A DNA stretch of 64,000 nt, taken from an uncultured Pseudoxanthomonas sp. (GTDB taxonomy: Bacteria > Pseudomonadota > Gammaproteobacteria > Xanthomonadales > Xanthomonadaceae). The notes below the pieces were generated by a model. The model made no database searches, had not been told where the DNA came from, and saw only the letters and a list, made by a program, of their open reading frames with translations. Numbering within the stretch: the stretch's first letter is position 1; every line of letters begins with the position of its first letter. Shown in pieces: positions 42,851 to 51,511 of this stretch. The DNA lies in the NCBI GenBank assembly GCA_964562135.1, contig CAZLSG010000006.1, forward strand, positions 1,068 through 65,067, read 5' to 3'. The position numbers were made by a program, and so were the translations under genes.

Positions 42851-43330
42851 ATGGCCTCCAAAACCACTCAGCAGATGCGGCGACTAGCCCGCACAAAGCT
42901 TGATCAGACGGGCGACTGGTTGCGCCAGATGCTCCCCAGGCTCCAGTCCACCCCCCAAGGGGGGTGGATCGCCGCTACGCGCGATGCCTTGGGAATGTCG
43001 CAGTCGGATCTCGCGCGTCGGCTGGGCGTGCGTCCCAGTTCAGTGGTCAAGCTGGAAAACAGCGAACGTGCCGGTGCCGTGCAGGTGGATACCCTGCGCC
43101 GTGCGGCGGCGGCCATGGATTGCGAGCTGGTGGTGCTGGTGGTGCCTCGGCAACCCTTGCAGTCAAGCGTCGACCAACAGCGCTTGAAACTCTACAACGC
43201 CACGTTCAAACGAGCCGCCGTCCATATGAAGCTCGAAGATCAAGCGGTCTCCGACGATCTACACCGGCATCTTCTACAACAGGCAGAGGCTGCGATCCCG
43301 GACACCGCACTATGGCGGGAGCATGGCTGA
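42851..43330 (+). CDS. HTH protein, 'mobile mystery protein A' family (putative antitoxin/regulator)
   Basis: 159 aa. HTH WIAATRDALGMSQSDLARRLGVRPSSVVKLENSE. Overlaps the Fic gene by 8 nt (ATGGCTGA). The family name is recalled from TIGRFAMs and was not searched. Confidence 0.75.
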   Translation: MASKTTQQMRRLARTKLDQTGDWLRQMLPRLQSTPQGGWIAATRDALGMSQSDLARRLGVRPSSVVKLENSERAGAVQVDTLRRAAAAMDCELVVLVVPRQPLQSSVDQQRLKLYNATFKRAAVHMKLEDQAVSDDLHRHLLQQAEAAIPDTALWREHG

Positions 43331-43925
43331 TCTCCAGGGGTTCGGATTCCAGTTCGATGACGGGCAAACGCCTCTGGACCCGGACGAAGCCCGCGGGCTG
43401 AAGCTGCCGTGGGTGGCAACCCGGGGCGACCTCAATGACGCCGAGGGCACCAACATCTTCACCGCGATGCGCTGGGCTGCCCGCGAGATCAGGAAGAAGG
43501 ATGTCGTCGTGCCCAGCGAGGACTTTCTGCGGCAGCTGCACTCACGCATGTTCGGCAATGTCTGGGAATGGGCTGGCCAGTTCCGTTCGACCGAGCGCAA
43601 CATCGGCGTGGCTCCACACCAGATCGCGATGCAGTTGCGACAGCTCTTCGACAATGCTGGTGCCTGGCAGGAGTTCGGAACTTACCCGCTCGATGAACAG
43701 GCTGCCCGACTTCATCACCAGCTGACGTACATCCATCCGTTCCCCAACGGAAATGGCCGGTGCTCGCGGGTTATGGCAGACCTGTTCCTGCAGTCCCATG
43801 GCGCCGAACCATTCACTTGGGGGCCGGAACCGCACGACCATCAGGTGAGACAGCGCTACCTGGAGGCGGTGCGGCAGGCAGACACCGGTGATCTGGGGTT
43901 GCTGCTCGGGTTCGTGCGTAGCTGA
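43323..43925 (+). CDS. Fic/DOC family protein, 'mobile mystery protein B' family
   Basis: 200 aa. The Fic motif reads HPFPNGNGRCSR, where the canonical motif is HxFx(D/E)GNGRxxR; Asn replaces the acidic residue. Confidence 0.85.
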   Translation: MADLQGFGFQFDDGQTPLDPDEARGLKLPWVATRGDLNDAEGTNIFTAMRWAAREIRKKDVVVPSEDFLRQLHSRMFGNVWEWAGQFRSTERNIGVAPHQIAMQLRQLFDNAGAWQEFGTYPLDEQAARLHHQLTYIHPFPNGNGRCSRVMADLFLQSHGAEPFTWGPEPHDHQVRQRYLEAVRQADTGDLGLLLGFVRS

Positions 43926-43942
43926 TCTACTCCGGCCCAGCA

Positions 43943-44131
43943 ACTTCGAGGCGACCCCCGTCCAGTTGGGGGAGGCCATATCAATCGCGCAGGAGCATGC
44001 GCAGCAATGGGAGTTCCCGTTCAACGCTCCGGATCAGTCACGGCGCTCATCAATGATAGAGACTGGTTGTTCGTTGTAGTTTTGAGTTGGCTCATCCCGC
44101 CAGATCGCTGAATGCGTCCGGGTTGCCAGCC
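43943..44131. repeat. islet-internal repeat, contiguous A2-B2 copy
   Basis: 43943-44054 is homologous to A1 (40003-40114). 44057-44131 is homologous to B1 (42592-42665). Here A and B abut, whereas A1 and B1 are separated by the 2.45-kb hipB-hipA-PF07929 block. Confidence 0.55.
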
Positions 44132-44354
44132 AGTCCGCGTCGTACTTGAAGCGACGGATGTCACCACGGCACAAGGCGCGGACCAGCTAAACCGATCTAC
44201 ACCAGCACCGGGACAAGGCCGGTATCGTCAAGAATGACTTGAGTCGCCTACACCACAGGAAGCAGCCAACGCACCGCGGAGGCTAGTACTCATTGTCCCG
44301 GCAGGACCCGAAAAGGTCGGGCCCAGAATGGGCACAATTTGGGCACAGGGGAGA

Positions 44355-44431
44355 TGGCGCGCCTGGAGGGATTCGAACCCCCGACCAATGGCTTCGGAAG
44401 CCACTACTCTATCCGGCTGAGCTACAGGCGC
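44355..44431 (-). tRNA. tRNA-Arg (anticodon CCG)
   Basis: The 77-nt cloverleaf was folded by hand. Acceptor stem GCGCCTG/CAGGCGC, D arm GCTC..GAGT, anticodon arm GTGGC-TTCCGAA-GCCAT, T arm GGGGG-TTCGAAT-CCCTC, discriminator G, encoded CCA. Confidence 0.95.
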
Positions 44432-44578
44432 GTCGACAGGAAGCCCCTTGCGGGCCGGCTATTGTCGGCCATCCGGCCGGCATGCGCCAGTCGCGCGATG
44501 GCGAGAGTGCGGGAATGGCAAGCGCGATTGCGGCCGTGGTGTTTGCCGGTTGGTGGAGGTAGCCCGTTGCGCGGGCGA

Positions 44579-45976
44579 TCAGCCGCGCCCGTAGACATCC
44601 TCGAAGCGGACGATGTCGTCCTCGCCCAGGTAGCTGCCGGACTGCACTTCGATCAGTTCCAGCGGCACCTGCCCGGGGTTCTCCAGGCGGTGTTTGACGC
44701 CCAGCGGGATGTAGGTGCTCTGGTTCTCGCTGAGCAGCAGTACTTCATCGCCGCGGGTGATGCGGCCGGTGCCGCTGACCACGATCCAGTGCTCGGCGCG
44801 GTGGTGGTGCATCTGCAGGCTCAGTGCGGCGCCGGGCTTGACGGTGATGCGCTTGACCTGGAAGCGCTCGCCCATGTCGATGGAGTCGTAGCTGCCCCAG
44901 GGGCGGTACACCTTGCGGTGCCAGGTGGGTTCGCTGCGGCCGGCGGCCTTGAGCGTGGCGACGATGCCCTTGACGTCCTGCACGCGGTCCTTGTGCGCCA
45001 CCAGCACGGCGTCGGCGGTGTCCACCACCACCACGTCCTCCAGCCCCAGCAGCGCCAGCAGGCGGCCGTTGCCCCAGGCCAGGGTGTTGCGGCAGTCCTG
45101 CGCCAGCACGTCGCCGTGGTGGGCGTTGCCGTCGCCGTCCTGCTCGGCCACGTCCCACAGCGCCGACCAGCTGCCCACGTCGTTCCAGCCCACCGCGATG
45201 GGCAGCACGGCAGCGTCGGCGGTCTTTTCCATCACCGCGTAGTCGATGGAGTCGGATGGGCAGGCGGCAAAGGCCGCCTTGTCCAGGCGGACGAAATCGG
45301 CATCGCGGGTGGCCGCCGCCAGTGCGGCACGGCAGCCGGCCAGCATGGCCGGCTGGTGGCGCTCCAGTTCCGCCAGGTAGACCGAAGCACGGAACAGGAA
45401 CATGCCGCTGTTCCAGAAGTAGTCGCCGCTGGCCACGTAGCCGGCGGCGGTGGTGGCGTCGGGTTTCTCGACGAACTGCGCGACTGCGCGCACGCCTTCG
45501 CCGGCGGCGGCACGGATGTAGCCATAGCCGGTTTCCGGGCCGGTGGGCACGATGCCGAAGGTGACCAGCTTGCCGTCGCGCGCAGCAGGCGCAGCGGCCT
45601 GCACGGCCAGGCGGAAGGCTTCGGCATGCGCGATCACATGGTCCGAGGGCAACACCAGCAACAGTGGATCATCGCCTTGCATGGTGGCCTGCAGCGCCGC
45701 CACCGCGATGGCCGGGGCGGTGTTGCGGCCCACCGGTTCCAGCAGGATCGCGGCCGGCGTGCAGCCTGCTTGCCGCAACTGTTCGGCCACCATGAAGCGG
45801 TGTTCCTCGTTGGCCACCAGCAACGGCGCTGCCGAAGCCAGCGGCGCCACCCGGCGCCAGGTGGCCTGGAGCATCGAATCTTCGCCCGCCAGTGGCAGGA
45901 ACTGCTTGGGATAGGCTTCGCGGGACAGCGGCCACAGCCGCGTGCCCGAGCCGCCGGACAGGATCACGGGAATCAT
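44579..45976 (-). CDS. xanB: bifunctional mannose-1-phosphate guanylyltransferase / mannose-6-phosphate isomerase (type II PMI-GMP)
   Basis: N-terminus PVILSGGSGTRLWPLSR. C-terminal cupin with RPWGSY, QMHHHRAEHWIVVSG and VPLELIEVQSGSYLGEDDIVR. Confidence 0.9.
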   Translation of the reverse strand: MIPVILSGGSGTRLWPLSREAYPKQFLPLAGEDSMLQATWRRVAPLASAAPLLVANEEHRFMVAEQLRQAGCTPAAILLEPVGRNTAPAIAVAALQATMQGDDPLLLVLPSDHVIAHAEAFRLAVQAAAPAARDGKLVTFGIVPTGPETGYGYIRAAAGEGVRAVAQFVEKPDATTAAGYVASGDYFWNSGMFLFRASVYLAELERHQPAMLAGCRAALAAATRDADFVRLDKAAFAACPSDSIDYAVMEKTADAAVLPIAVGWNDVGSWSALWDVAEQDGDGNAHHGDVLAQDCRNTLAWGNGRLLALLGLEDVVVVDTADAVLVAHKDRVQDVKGIVATLKAAGRSEPTWHRKVYRPWGSYDSIDMGERFQVKRITVKPGAALSLQMHHHRAEHWIVVSGTGRITRGDEVLLLSENQSTYIPLGVKHRLENPGQVPLELIEVQSGSYLGEDDIVRFEDVYGRG

Positions 45977-46114
45977 CGGATTTCCTTTGCCGGTGCGCCC
46001 GTGTCGGCGATGGTCGGCAGGCAGTGGAGGTGCGCACAGGGCATGCGGACAGTGTAGCGGCCCCGGGGCGACCGGACAGTCATCGCCCTCGTGGAGGACT
46101 GTTAGTCTTCATGC

Positions 46115-47011
46115 ATGGGATACGAACGTTTCGAAGCGCCCCATGTTCCGTTCTGGCGCGAACGGTTGGGCCAATACTGGAAACTGGTGCGCGGGGACCG
46201 GCCCATCGGGACCCTGCTGTTGCTGTGGCCGACCTGGTGGGCGTTGTGGGTGGCGTCCGGCGGCCTTCCGCCGCTGTGGACGCTGTTCGTGTTCACCGCC
46301 GGGGTGTGGCTGACCCGTTCGGCCGGCTGCGTCATCAACGACTATGCCGACCGCTGGCTGGACCCCCGGGTCGAACGGACGAAGCACCGGCCACTGGCGA
46401 CGGGCACGGTGTCCGGGCGCGAGGCGCTGGCGGTGTTCGCGGTCCTGATGCTGGTGGCGTTCGCGCTGGTGCTGACGATGAACCGCCTGACCGTGTACCT
46501 GAGCGTGGCGGGCCTGTTCCTGGCGGCCACGTACCCGTACCTCAAGCGGCATACCTATTTGCCGCAGGTCTACCTGGGGCTGGCGTTCGGCTGGGGCATC
46601 CCGATGGCGTTCGCGGCGGTGCAGGGCAGCGTGCCGCCGGTCGCGTGGGTGCTGTACTGCGCCAACATCCTGTGGGCCACCGCCTACGACACCTGGTACG
46701 CCATGGTGGATCGCGACGACGACATCCGCGCCGGCTCCAAATCCACGGCCATCCTGTTCGGCGAAATGGACCTGATTGCGATGGGCGTGCTGTATGCGCT
46801 GATGTTCGTGGCCCTGTATCTGGTCGGGCGGCAGGCGGGGCTGGGCCCGTACTACTGGGCCGGGCTGGGCGTGGCGGCGGTGCTGGTGGCGTACGAATTC
46901 GTCATCGCGCGCAAACGCGACCGGGACGCCTGCTTCCGCGCCTTCCTGCACAACAACTGGGTGGGCATGGCGGTCTTCGCCGGCATCGCGCTGGATCTCG
47001 CCCTGTCCTGA
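46115..47011 (+). CDS. ubiA: 4-hydroxybenzoate polyprenyltransferase UbiA
   Basis: [32 protein letters not shown] and [13 protein letters not shown] motifs. Confidence 0.9.
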   Translation: MGYERFEAPHVPFWRERLGQYWKLVRGDRPIGTLLLLWPTWWALWVASGGLPPLWTLFVFTAGVWLTRSAGCVINDYADRWLDPRVERTKHRPLATGTVSGREALAVFAVLMLVAFALVLTMNRLTVYLSVAGLFLAATYPYLKRHTYLPQVYLGLAFGWGIPMAFAAVQGSVPPVAWVLYCANILWATAYDTWYAMVDRDDDIRAGSKSTAILFGEMDLIAMGVLYALMFVALYLVGRQAGLGPYYWAGLGVAAVLVAYEFVIARKRDRDACFRAFLHNNWVGMAVFAGIALDLALS

Positions 47012-47036
47012 GGCCGGCGGAACCCGTCCGCCGGCC
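47012..47036. terminator. bidirectional hairpin between convergent ubiA and hdeD-like genes
   Basis: Perfect 10-bp GC-rich stem GGCCGGCGGA (47012-47021) / TCCGCCGGCC (47027-47036) with a 5-nt loop. There is no clear U-tract. Confidence 0.5.
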
Positions 47037-47044
47037 TCGGTGGG

Positions 47045-47611
47045 TCAGACGATTTCCCTTGGCGCGTACTTCTTCACCAGCAGGCCGGCGACCACTTGCA
47101 GTACGCCGTAGATCAGTGCGCCGATGCCGATCCAGATGGTCAGCGCCAGGATGGCCGAGGCCGGGTAGGCGAAGAACAGGATGCCGAAGACCAGCGCCAG
47201 CACGCCGCTCACGCCGATCAGCCAGGCGCCGAAGGCGTCGCTGTTGCGCGCGCGGAAGGCGTAGACGATGCGGAATACGCCCGCCACCACCAGCCAGGCC
47301 GCCAACAGCAGGATCAGCGCGTCCTTCATGGCCTGCGGATTGGTGACGGCCAGCAGGCCGAAGGCGATGGAGAGCAAGGCATAAAGCGCCAGCAGCCAGC
47401 GCGAGAACGGCAGCGCGGCGGCCTTGGTGAAGAAGACGGCGATCAGGCTGACCACGCCTTCGGCCAGCGACAGGATGCCGAAGGTCCAGACCAGTGCGAT
47501 CAAGGTGCGGCTGGGTGCGGCAAAAGCGAAAACGCCGAAGGCGATGGCGAGCAGTCCGAACAGGACCAGCACCCACCAGCTGCGTGAACCGGCAAGAAAA
47601 TTCGTACTCAT
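47045..47611 (-). CDS. HdeD family (DUF308) membrane protein
   Basis: 188 aa with six hydrophobic helices and the repeated pattern W..L..G.L.I..G..A typical of HdeD/DUF308. Confidence 0.75.
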   Translation of the reverse strand: MSTNFLAGSRSWWVLVLFGLLAIAFGVFAFAAPSRTLIALVWTFGILSLAEGVVSLIAVFFTKAAALPFSRWLLALYALLSIAFGLLAVTNPQAMKDALILLLAAWLVVAGVFRIVYAFRARNSDAFGAWLIGVSGVLALVFGILFFAYPASAILALTIWIGIGALIYGVLQVVAGLLVKKYAPREIV

Positions 47612-47795
47612 CGAGGTATCCCCAAGTGTGGTGAGAGTTTCATCCCGGCGCGCCGCCAGGCCGCGCTCATCCCATCATAGCGCCATCGATCCGGTGCTTT
47701 GATGTCGCAAACGCCATGTCGACATGCCGTTGCGCACTGCCTGCCGCGGGAAGGCCGGAAGCTTCCGCCGTCATCCGGCGGCATGGGGGTGTCGC

Positions 47796-48500
47796 TCAAG
47801 GCGCCCGCGCGCAGATCCAGGCGTCGACCCGTCCCGCCCCGGCCGCCAGCAGCGTTCGGGCCGCCGCATGCAGGGTGGCGCCGGTGGTCATCACATCGTC
47901 CACCAGTGCCACATGAGCGGGCAACGGGGTCCGGGCGTCCACCGAAAATGCCCGCCTGAGGTTGCGCTGGCGGGCCTCGGCGTCCAGTTCCGATTGCGCG
48001 GCGGTGGCGCGGGTGCGGAACAGGGCCCGTTCCAGCAAAGGGATTTCCAGCGCCCGACTGAGCGGCCGGGCCAGCTCCAGCGCCTGGTCGTAGCCGCGCT
48101 GGCGCAGGCGGGAAGCATGCAGGGGCACCGGCACCAGCGCATCGGGCCGGGGCAGCGCGCCCATGGCCTCGGCCATCCAGTGCGAGAGCAACCGCCCGCT
48201 GGCCAGGTCGCGGTGGAACTTGAAGCGCGGGATCAGCCGGTCCAGCGGGAAGTCGTAGACGAACACGGCATGTGTACGGGTCAGCGGCGGCGGTCGCTGC
48301 AGGCATTGGCCGCATTCGGTCGTTTCGGGCAGCGGCAATGCGCAGCGCGGGCAGGCGTGGCGGAGCCAGGGCAGGGCGGCGGCACAGTCGGCGCACAGAT
48401 TGCGGTCTTGCGCGCCGGGTTCCCGACAAACCAGACAGCGCGACGGCAGCAAGCCGCGTCCCGCATCGCGCAACCATCCGTAAACTTTTTCGATGTCCAT
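47796..48500 (-). CDS. comF: ComF family protein (phosphoribosyltransferase domain)
   Basis: N-terminal Cys pairs (CLVC..CADC, CPRCALP..C.QC). C-terminal PRTase loop [13 protein letters not shown]. Confidence 0.8.
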   Translation of the reverse strand: MDIEKVYGWLRDAGRGLLPSRCLVCREPGAQDRNLCADCAAALPWLRHACPRCALPLPETTECGQCLQRPPPLTRTHAVFVYDFPLDRLIPRFKFHRDLASGRLLSHWMAEAMGALPRPDALVPVPLHASRLRQRGYDQALELARPLSRALEIPLLERALFRTRATAAQSELDAEARQRNLRRAFSVDARTPLPAHVALVDDVMTTGATLHAAARTLLAAGAGRVDAWICARAP

Positions 48501-48511
48501 TCGGTTGACAG
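48478..48511. promoter_or_regulatory. candidate BirA operator (bioO-like) overlapping a TTGACA -35 box for bioB
   Basis: GTAAAC (48480-48485) and GTTGAC (48504-48509) are separated by 18 nt, the same half-site spacing as recalled for E. coli bioO (TTGTAAACC-N16-GGTTTACAA). TTGACA is at 48505-48510. Confidence 0.35.
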
Positions 48512-48561
48512 CCCGGCATCCGCTTCCCAGACTGCCCCGACTTTACCGCCACGAGCCCGCG

Positions 48562-49629
48562 ATGTCCGCCCACGCCACGCCCGAAGCCCCCGCCCTGCGC
48601 CATGACTGGCAACGTGAAGAACTGCTGGCCCTGTTCGACCTGCCGTTCCCGGAACTGCTGTTCCGGGCGGCCAGCGTGCATCGGCGTCATTTCGACCCGG
48701 CCCAAGTGCAGGTCTCCACGCTGTTGTCGGTGAAGACCGGCGGCTGCCCGGAGGATTGCGCCTACTGCCCGCAGGCGCAGCGCTACCAGACCGGGGTGCA
48801 GGCGCAGAAACTGATGGATCCCGGGCAGGTGCTAGCGAAGGCCGCGCAGGCCAAGGCGGCCGGGGCCTCGCGCTTCTGCATGGGCGCGGCCTGGCGCAGC
48901 CCGAAGGATCGCGACATTCCCAAGGTGGCCGAGATGATCCGCGGGGTGAAGGCACTGGGACTGGAAACCTGCGCCACCCTGGGCATGCTCGATGGCGATC
49001 AGGCGCGCGCGCTGAAGGACGCCGGCCTGGACTACTACAACCACAACCTGGACACCGCGCCGGAGTTCTACGGCGACATCATCCACACCCGCGACTACCA
49101 GGACCGGCTGGACACGCTGGCGCACGTGCGCGATGCGGGCATGAAGACCTGTTGCGGCGGCATCGTCGGCATGGGCGAAAGCCGCGCGATGCGCGCGGGC
49201 CTGCTGCAGGCGCTGGCCAACCTGCCGGCGCATCCGGATTCGGTGCCGATCAACCGGCTGGTGCAGGTGGAGGGCACGCCGCTGCACGGGACCGTCGAGC
49301 TGGACTCGTTCGAATTCGTCCGCACGATTGCCGTTGCCCGTATCGCCATGCCGGCCTCGATGGTGCGGCTGTCGGCCGGGCGCGAGCAGATGAGCGACGA
49401 ACTGCAGGCGCTGTGTTTCGCCGCCGGCGCCAATTCGATCTTCTACGGCGAGCAATTGCTGACCACCGGCAATCCGGACACCGCGCGCGACCGGGCCTTG
49501 TTCGCCCGCCTCGGTTTGCGGCCGATGGAAGTCACCGTGCAGTCCGATCCGCGCGACGCCGATCACGACAGCGTGCATGTCAGCATCACCGCGCCAGCGA
49601 CGGCGACAGCCTGCGAACGGGCAGCGTGA
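48562..49629 (+). CDS. bioB: biotin synthase BioB
   Basis: Radical-SAM cluster motif [10 protein letters not shown], plus YNHNLDT and the [10 protein letters not shown] region. The ATG at 48562 is preferred. The track start at 48493 would overlap comF. Confidence 0.9.
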   Translation: MSAHATPEAPALRHDWQREELLALFDLPFPELLFRAASVHRRHFDPAQVQVSTLLSVKTGGCPEDCAYCPQAQRYQTGVQAQKLMDPGQVLAKAAQAKAAGASRFCMGAAWRSPKDRDIPKVAEMIRGVKALGLETCATLGMLDGDQARALKDAGLDYYNHNLDTAPEFYGDIIHTRDYQDRLDTLAHVRDAGMKTCCGGIVGMGESRAMRAGLLQALANLPAHPDSVPINRLVQVEGTPLHGTVELDSFEFVRTIAVARIAMPASMVRLSAGREQMSDELQALCFAAGANSIFYGEQLLTTGNPDTARDRALFARLGLRPMEVTVQSDPRDADHDSVHVSITAPATATACERAA

Positions 49630-49669
49630 TGGCGAAGCAGGCCGAAGCGAAACGGATTTGCTAGTTCTT

Positions 49670-49701
49670 GCGGTGCCCGGGAGAGGCGGGTGCCGCGTTT
49701 T
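49670..49701 (+). terminator. intrinsic terminator downstream of bioB
   Basis: 10-bp stem GCGGTGCCCG / CGGGTGCCGC (8 Watson-Crick pairs plus 2 G-U), 7-nt loop, followed by GTTTT. Confidence 0.6.
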
Positions 49702-49774
49702 CGGCGCACGCCACGCCTGGAATTGACCACCGCGGGCGCCGGGATGGCTTTCGCTGAACCGGGCCCTTGGATGC

Positions 49775-51511
49775 CTACTGGCAGAACGCCTCCAGCTTGG
49801 CGGCTTCTGCTGCGGGGGCGGCAAAATCGATGGAGGCCAGCAGGCCATCGTCGGCCACGTTGTACCAGGCCACGCCGTTGGGGAACATCGCCACGGTGAT
49901 CCCGCCGAAGCCGGACATGAACGGCACCCAGGTCGGGCGGTCGCAGCCGAGTTCGGCCTGCAGGTTGCGTGCCCAGAAGCCGTGCTGGTAGCGGTAGCGG
50001 CCGAGGTTCGCCACCGGCAGGCCCGGATTTTCCGGGTCGCGCTGCATCGCGGCGTCGAACAGCGCCGGATCCAGCGCCGGATGCCCGTCGATGAGGCCCT
50101 GTTGCTCACCGAGGAAACGTGCCAGCTTGGCGATGTCATCCGGCAGCAGGGTAAATCCCCAGCCGAACAAGGGTTGCCGCGCGTCGTCGTAGCTGCGCCG
50201 GGTGGCGCGCGCGGTCGGGCTCAGGCCGATCGGGCCCAGCACGCCGCGCCAGAGCACATCGTCGAACACATCGTCGCGTTCGCGTCCCGGCAGCCGGTGC
50301 AGGGCTTCCTGCAGCACCGTGCCGAGCAGGTAGGTGTCGGAGGTGTGATAGACCCAGCGCGCGCCCGGCGCTTCGCGGCGCGGATAGGCCTCGCAGGCGA
50401 AGGCGAGCCGCCGCGCGTGGGTATCGGGCACGAAGAAGTCGCGCACCCGCGGGTCGTCCTCGTCGGCCATGTAGGCGGGCGAGTCGTGCTGGCCGGTCGC
50501 CATGTCGAGCAGGTGCAGGAAGGTCACGCCGCTCCACTTGTCGTCCAGGCAGCCGCTGGCGCGCGCGAAGCCGCTGACCGGCAGGTCCTTCACGCCGGGA
50601 TGCAGGCGCTCCATCCGCATCAGCGCAAGGCCGGCGACGGCCGATTTCGCCAGCGAATACGAAGGCATGTCCAGCACGTCGCAGAACGGATGTTCGCCGT
50701 GGCGGGTGGCGCAGCCGGAACGGTAGTGCACGCCATCGACGATCACCCCGTGCAGGGTGCGCCCGTGCGGCGCGCCGATGGCGAACTTGCCGAGATCGAT
50801 GCCGGGATGGTCGCTGGCCAGTGCCGAGAGCGGCCGTACCGGCAAGCGCGCGGCGGCCTCGCGCGCATGCGCCTCGATCAGGGCGTCGCGCCCGCCGACC
50901 GGGCCCGGTGCATAGTCGGCCTGCAGCGATCCCCACATGTCCATCTGCAGGTAATGGCAGGTTTCGCTGCCGATCTGCATGGCAGCATGGCCGGCGATGC
51001 CGTCGTCGTCGAACAGGAACATCAGCACGCCGTTGTGGGTGCAGTTGGCGTTGCGCTGCACCAGCGCGAACGGGATCGCGGCGCGGGTCGGGCCGCCGTC
51101 GCCCGGTTCGGTCCAGGCCCGCCCCGGTTCGAACGCGAATTCCCACCACGGATGCTGGCCGGGAATCGGTCCGCGCGCGGCGGGAATGATCGTGTCGCCG
51201 TCCTGCGCGAAGGCGATGTCCAGGTCCTGCGGCAGCGTGCGCGCCCGCGCGGCGTCGTTCGGACCCAGGAAACCATCCAGTGCCAGCAGCGTGCGGGTGG
51301 ACGGTTGCCCGGACAGGCGCAGGCGGCCTTCGAAGCGATGCGCGGGCGGCAGCGCACCGTCCGGTGGCGCATAGGCCGACAGATCGACCGGGCGGCGGTA
51401 CTTGCCGGCCAGCAGCGTGTCGCGGTCCAGCAGTTCGCGCGCGCCGGAGGGGGCCGTGGCGAGCAGCGCCAGCGCCGCGAGACAGCCGGCGAGCGCACGC
51501 CTCGCCGCCAT
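49775..51511 (-). CDS. secreted two-domain protein: unknown N-terminal domain + beta-lactamase-fold serine hydrolase
   Basis: 578 aa from the ATG at 51509-51511, overlapping the gabD stop by 1 nt. Signal peptide MAARRALAGCLAALALLATAPSGA. S-x-x-K motif in PSYSLAKSAV. YHTSDTYLLG region. The first ~270 aa match no family I recognise. Confidence 0.7.
   Translation of the reverse strand: MAARRALAGCLAALALLATAPSGARELLDRDTLLAGKYRRPVDLSAYAPPDGALPPAHRFEGRLRLSGQPSTRTLLALDGFLGPNDAARARTLPQDLDIAFAQDGDTIIPAARGPIPGQHPWWEFAFEPGRAWTEPGDGGPTRAAIPFALVQRNANCTHNGVLMFLFDDDGIAGHAAMQIGSETCHYLQMDMWGSLQADYAPGPVGGRDALIEAHAREAAARLPVRPLSALASDHPGIDLGKFAIGAPHGRTLHGVIVDGVHYRSGCATRHGEHPFCDVLDMPSYSLAKSAVAGLALMRMERLHPGVKDLPVSGFARASGCLDDKWSGVTFLHLLDMATGQHDSPAYMADEDDPRVRDFFVPDTHARRLAFACEAYPRREAPGARWVYHTSDTYLLGTVLQEALHRLPGRERDDVFDDVLWRGVLGPIGLSPTARATRRSYDDARQPLFGWGFTLLPDDIAKLARFLGEQQGLIDGHPALDPALFDAAMQRDPENPGLPVANLGRYRYQHGFWARNLQAELGCDRPTWVPFMSGFGGITVAMFPNGVAWYNVADDGLLASIDFAAPAAEAAKLEAFCQ

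Larger units (their letters stand above)
39791..44354. mobile_element. integrase-less genomic islet inserted at the tRNA-Arg(CCG) 3' end
   Basis: Bounded by the tRNA 3'-half direct repeats. GC is visibly lower, with AT-rich intergenic stretches (42544-42850, 39840-40000). Cargo is hipBA, a PF07929 gene and an HTH/Fic pair. No recombinase ORF was found in any frame. Confidence 0.65.

Noticed and set aside
43542-44024. 160-aa minus-strand ORF overlapping the Fic gene
   Set aside because: It is antisense to a gene with a clear Fic motif and has no motifs of its own. Its 5' end lies in the A2 repeat.
39791-44354. Integron gene-cassette array (A/B repeats as attC sites)
   Set aside because: No intI gene or attI is present. 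The repeats occur as split halves rather than complete sites between cassettes. The RYYYAAC-like heptamer GTTCAAC in A2 (44018-44024) is not conserved in A1.
44132-44354. Integrase gene remnant next to the tRNA 3' end
   Set aside because: I translated all frames by eye. Only short ORFs appear (e.g. a 21-aa MSTSLRGALAAS..) with nothing resembling tyrosine-recombinase N- or C-terminal motifs. This cannot be excluded without BLASTX.
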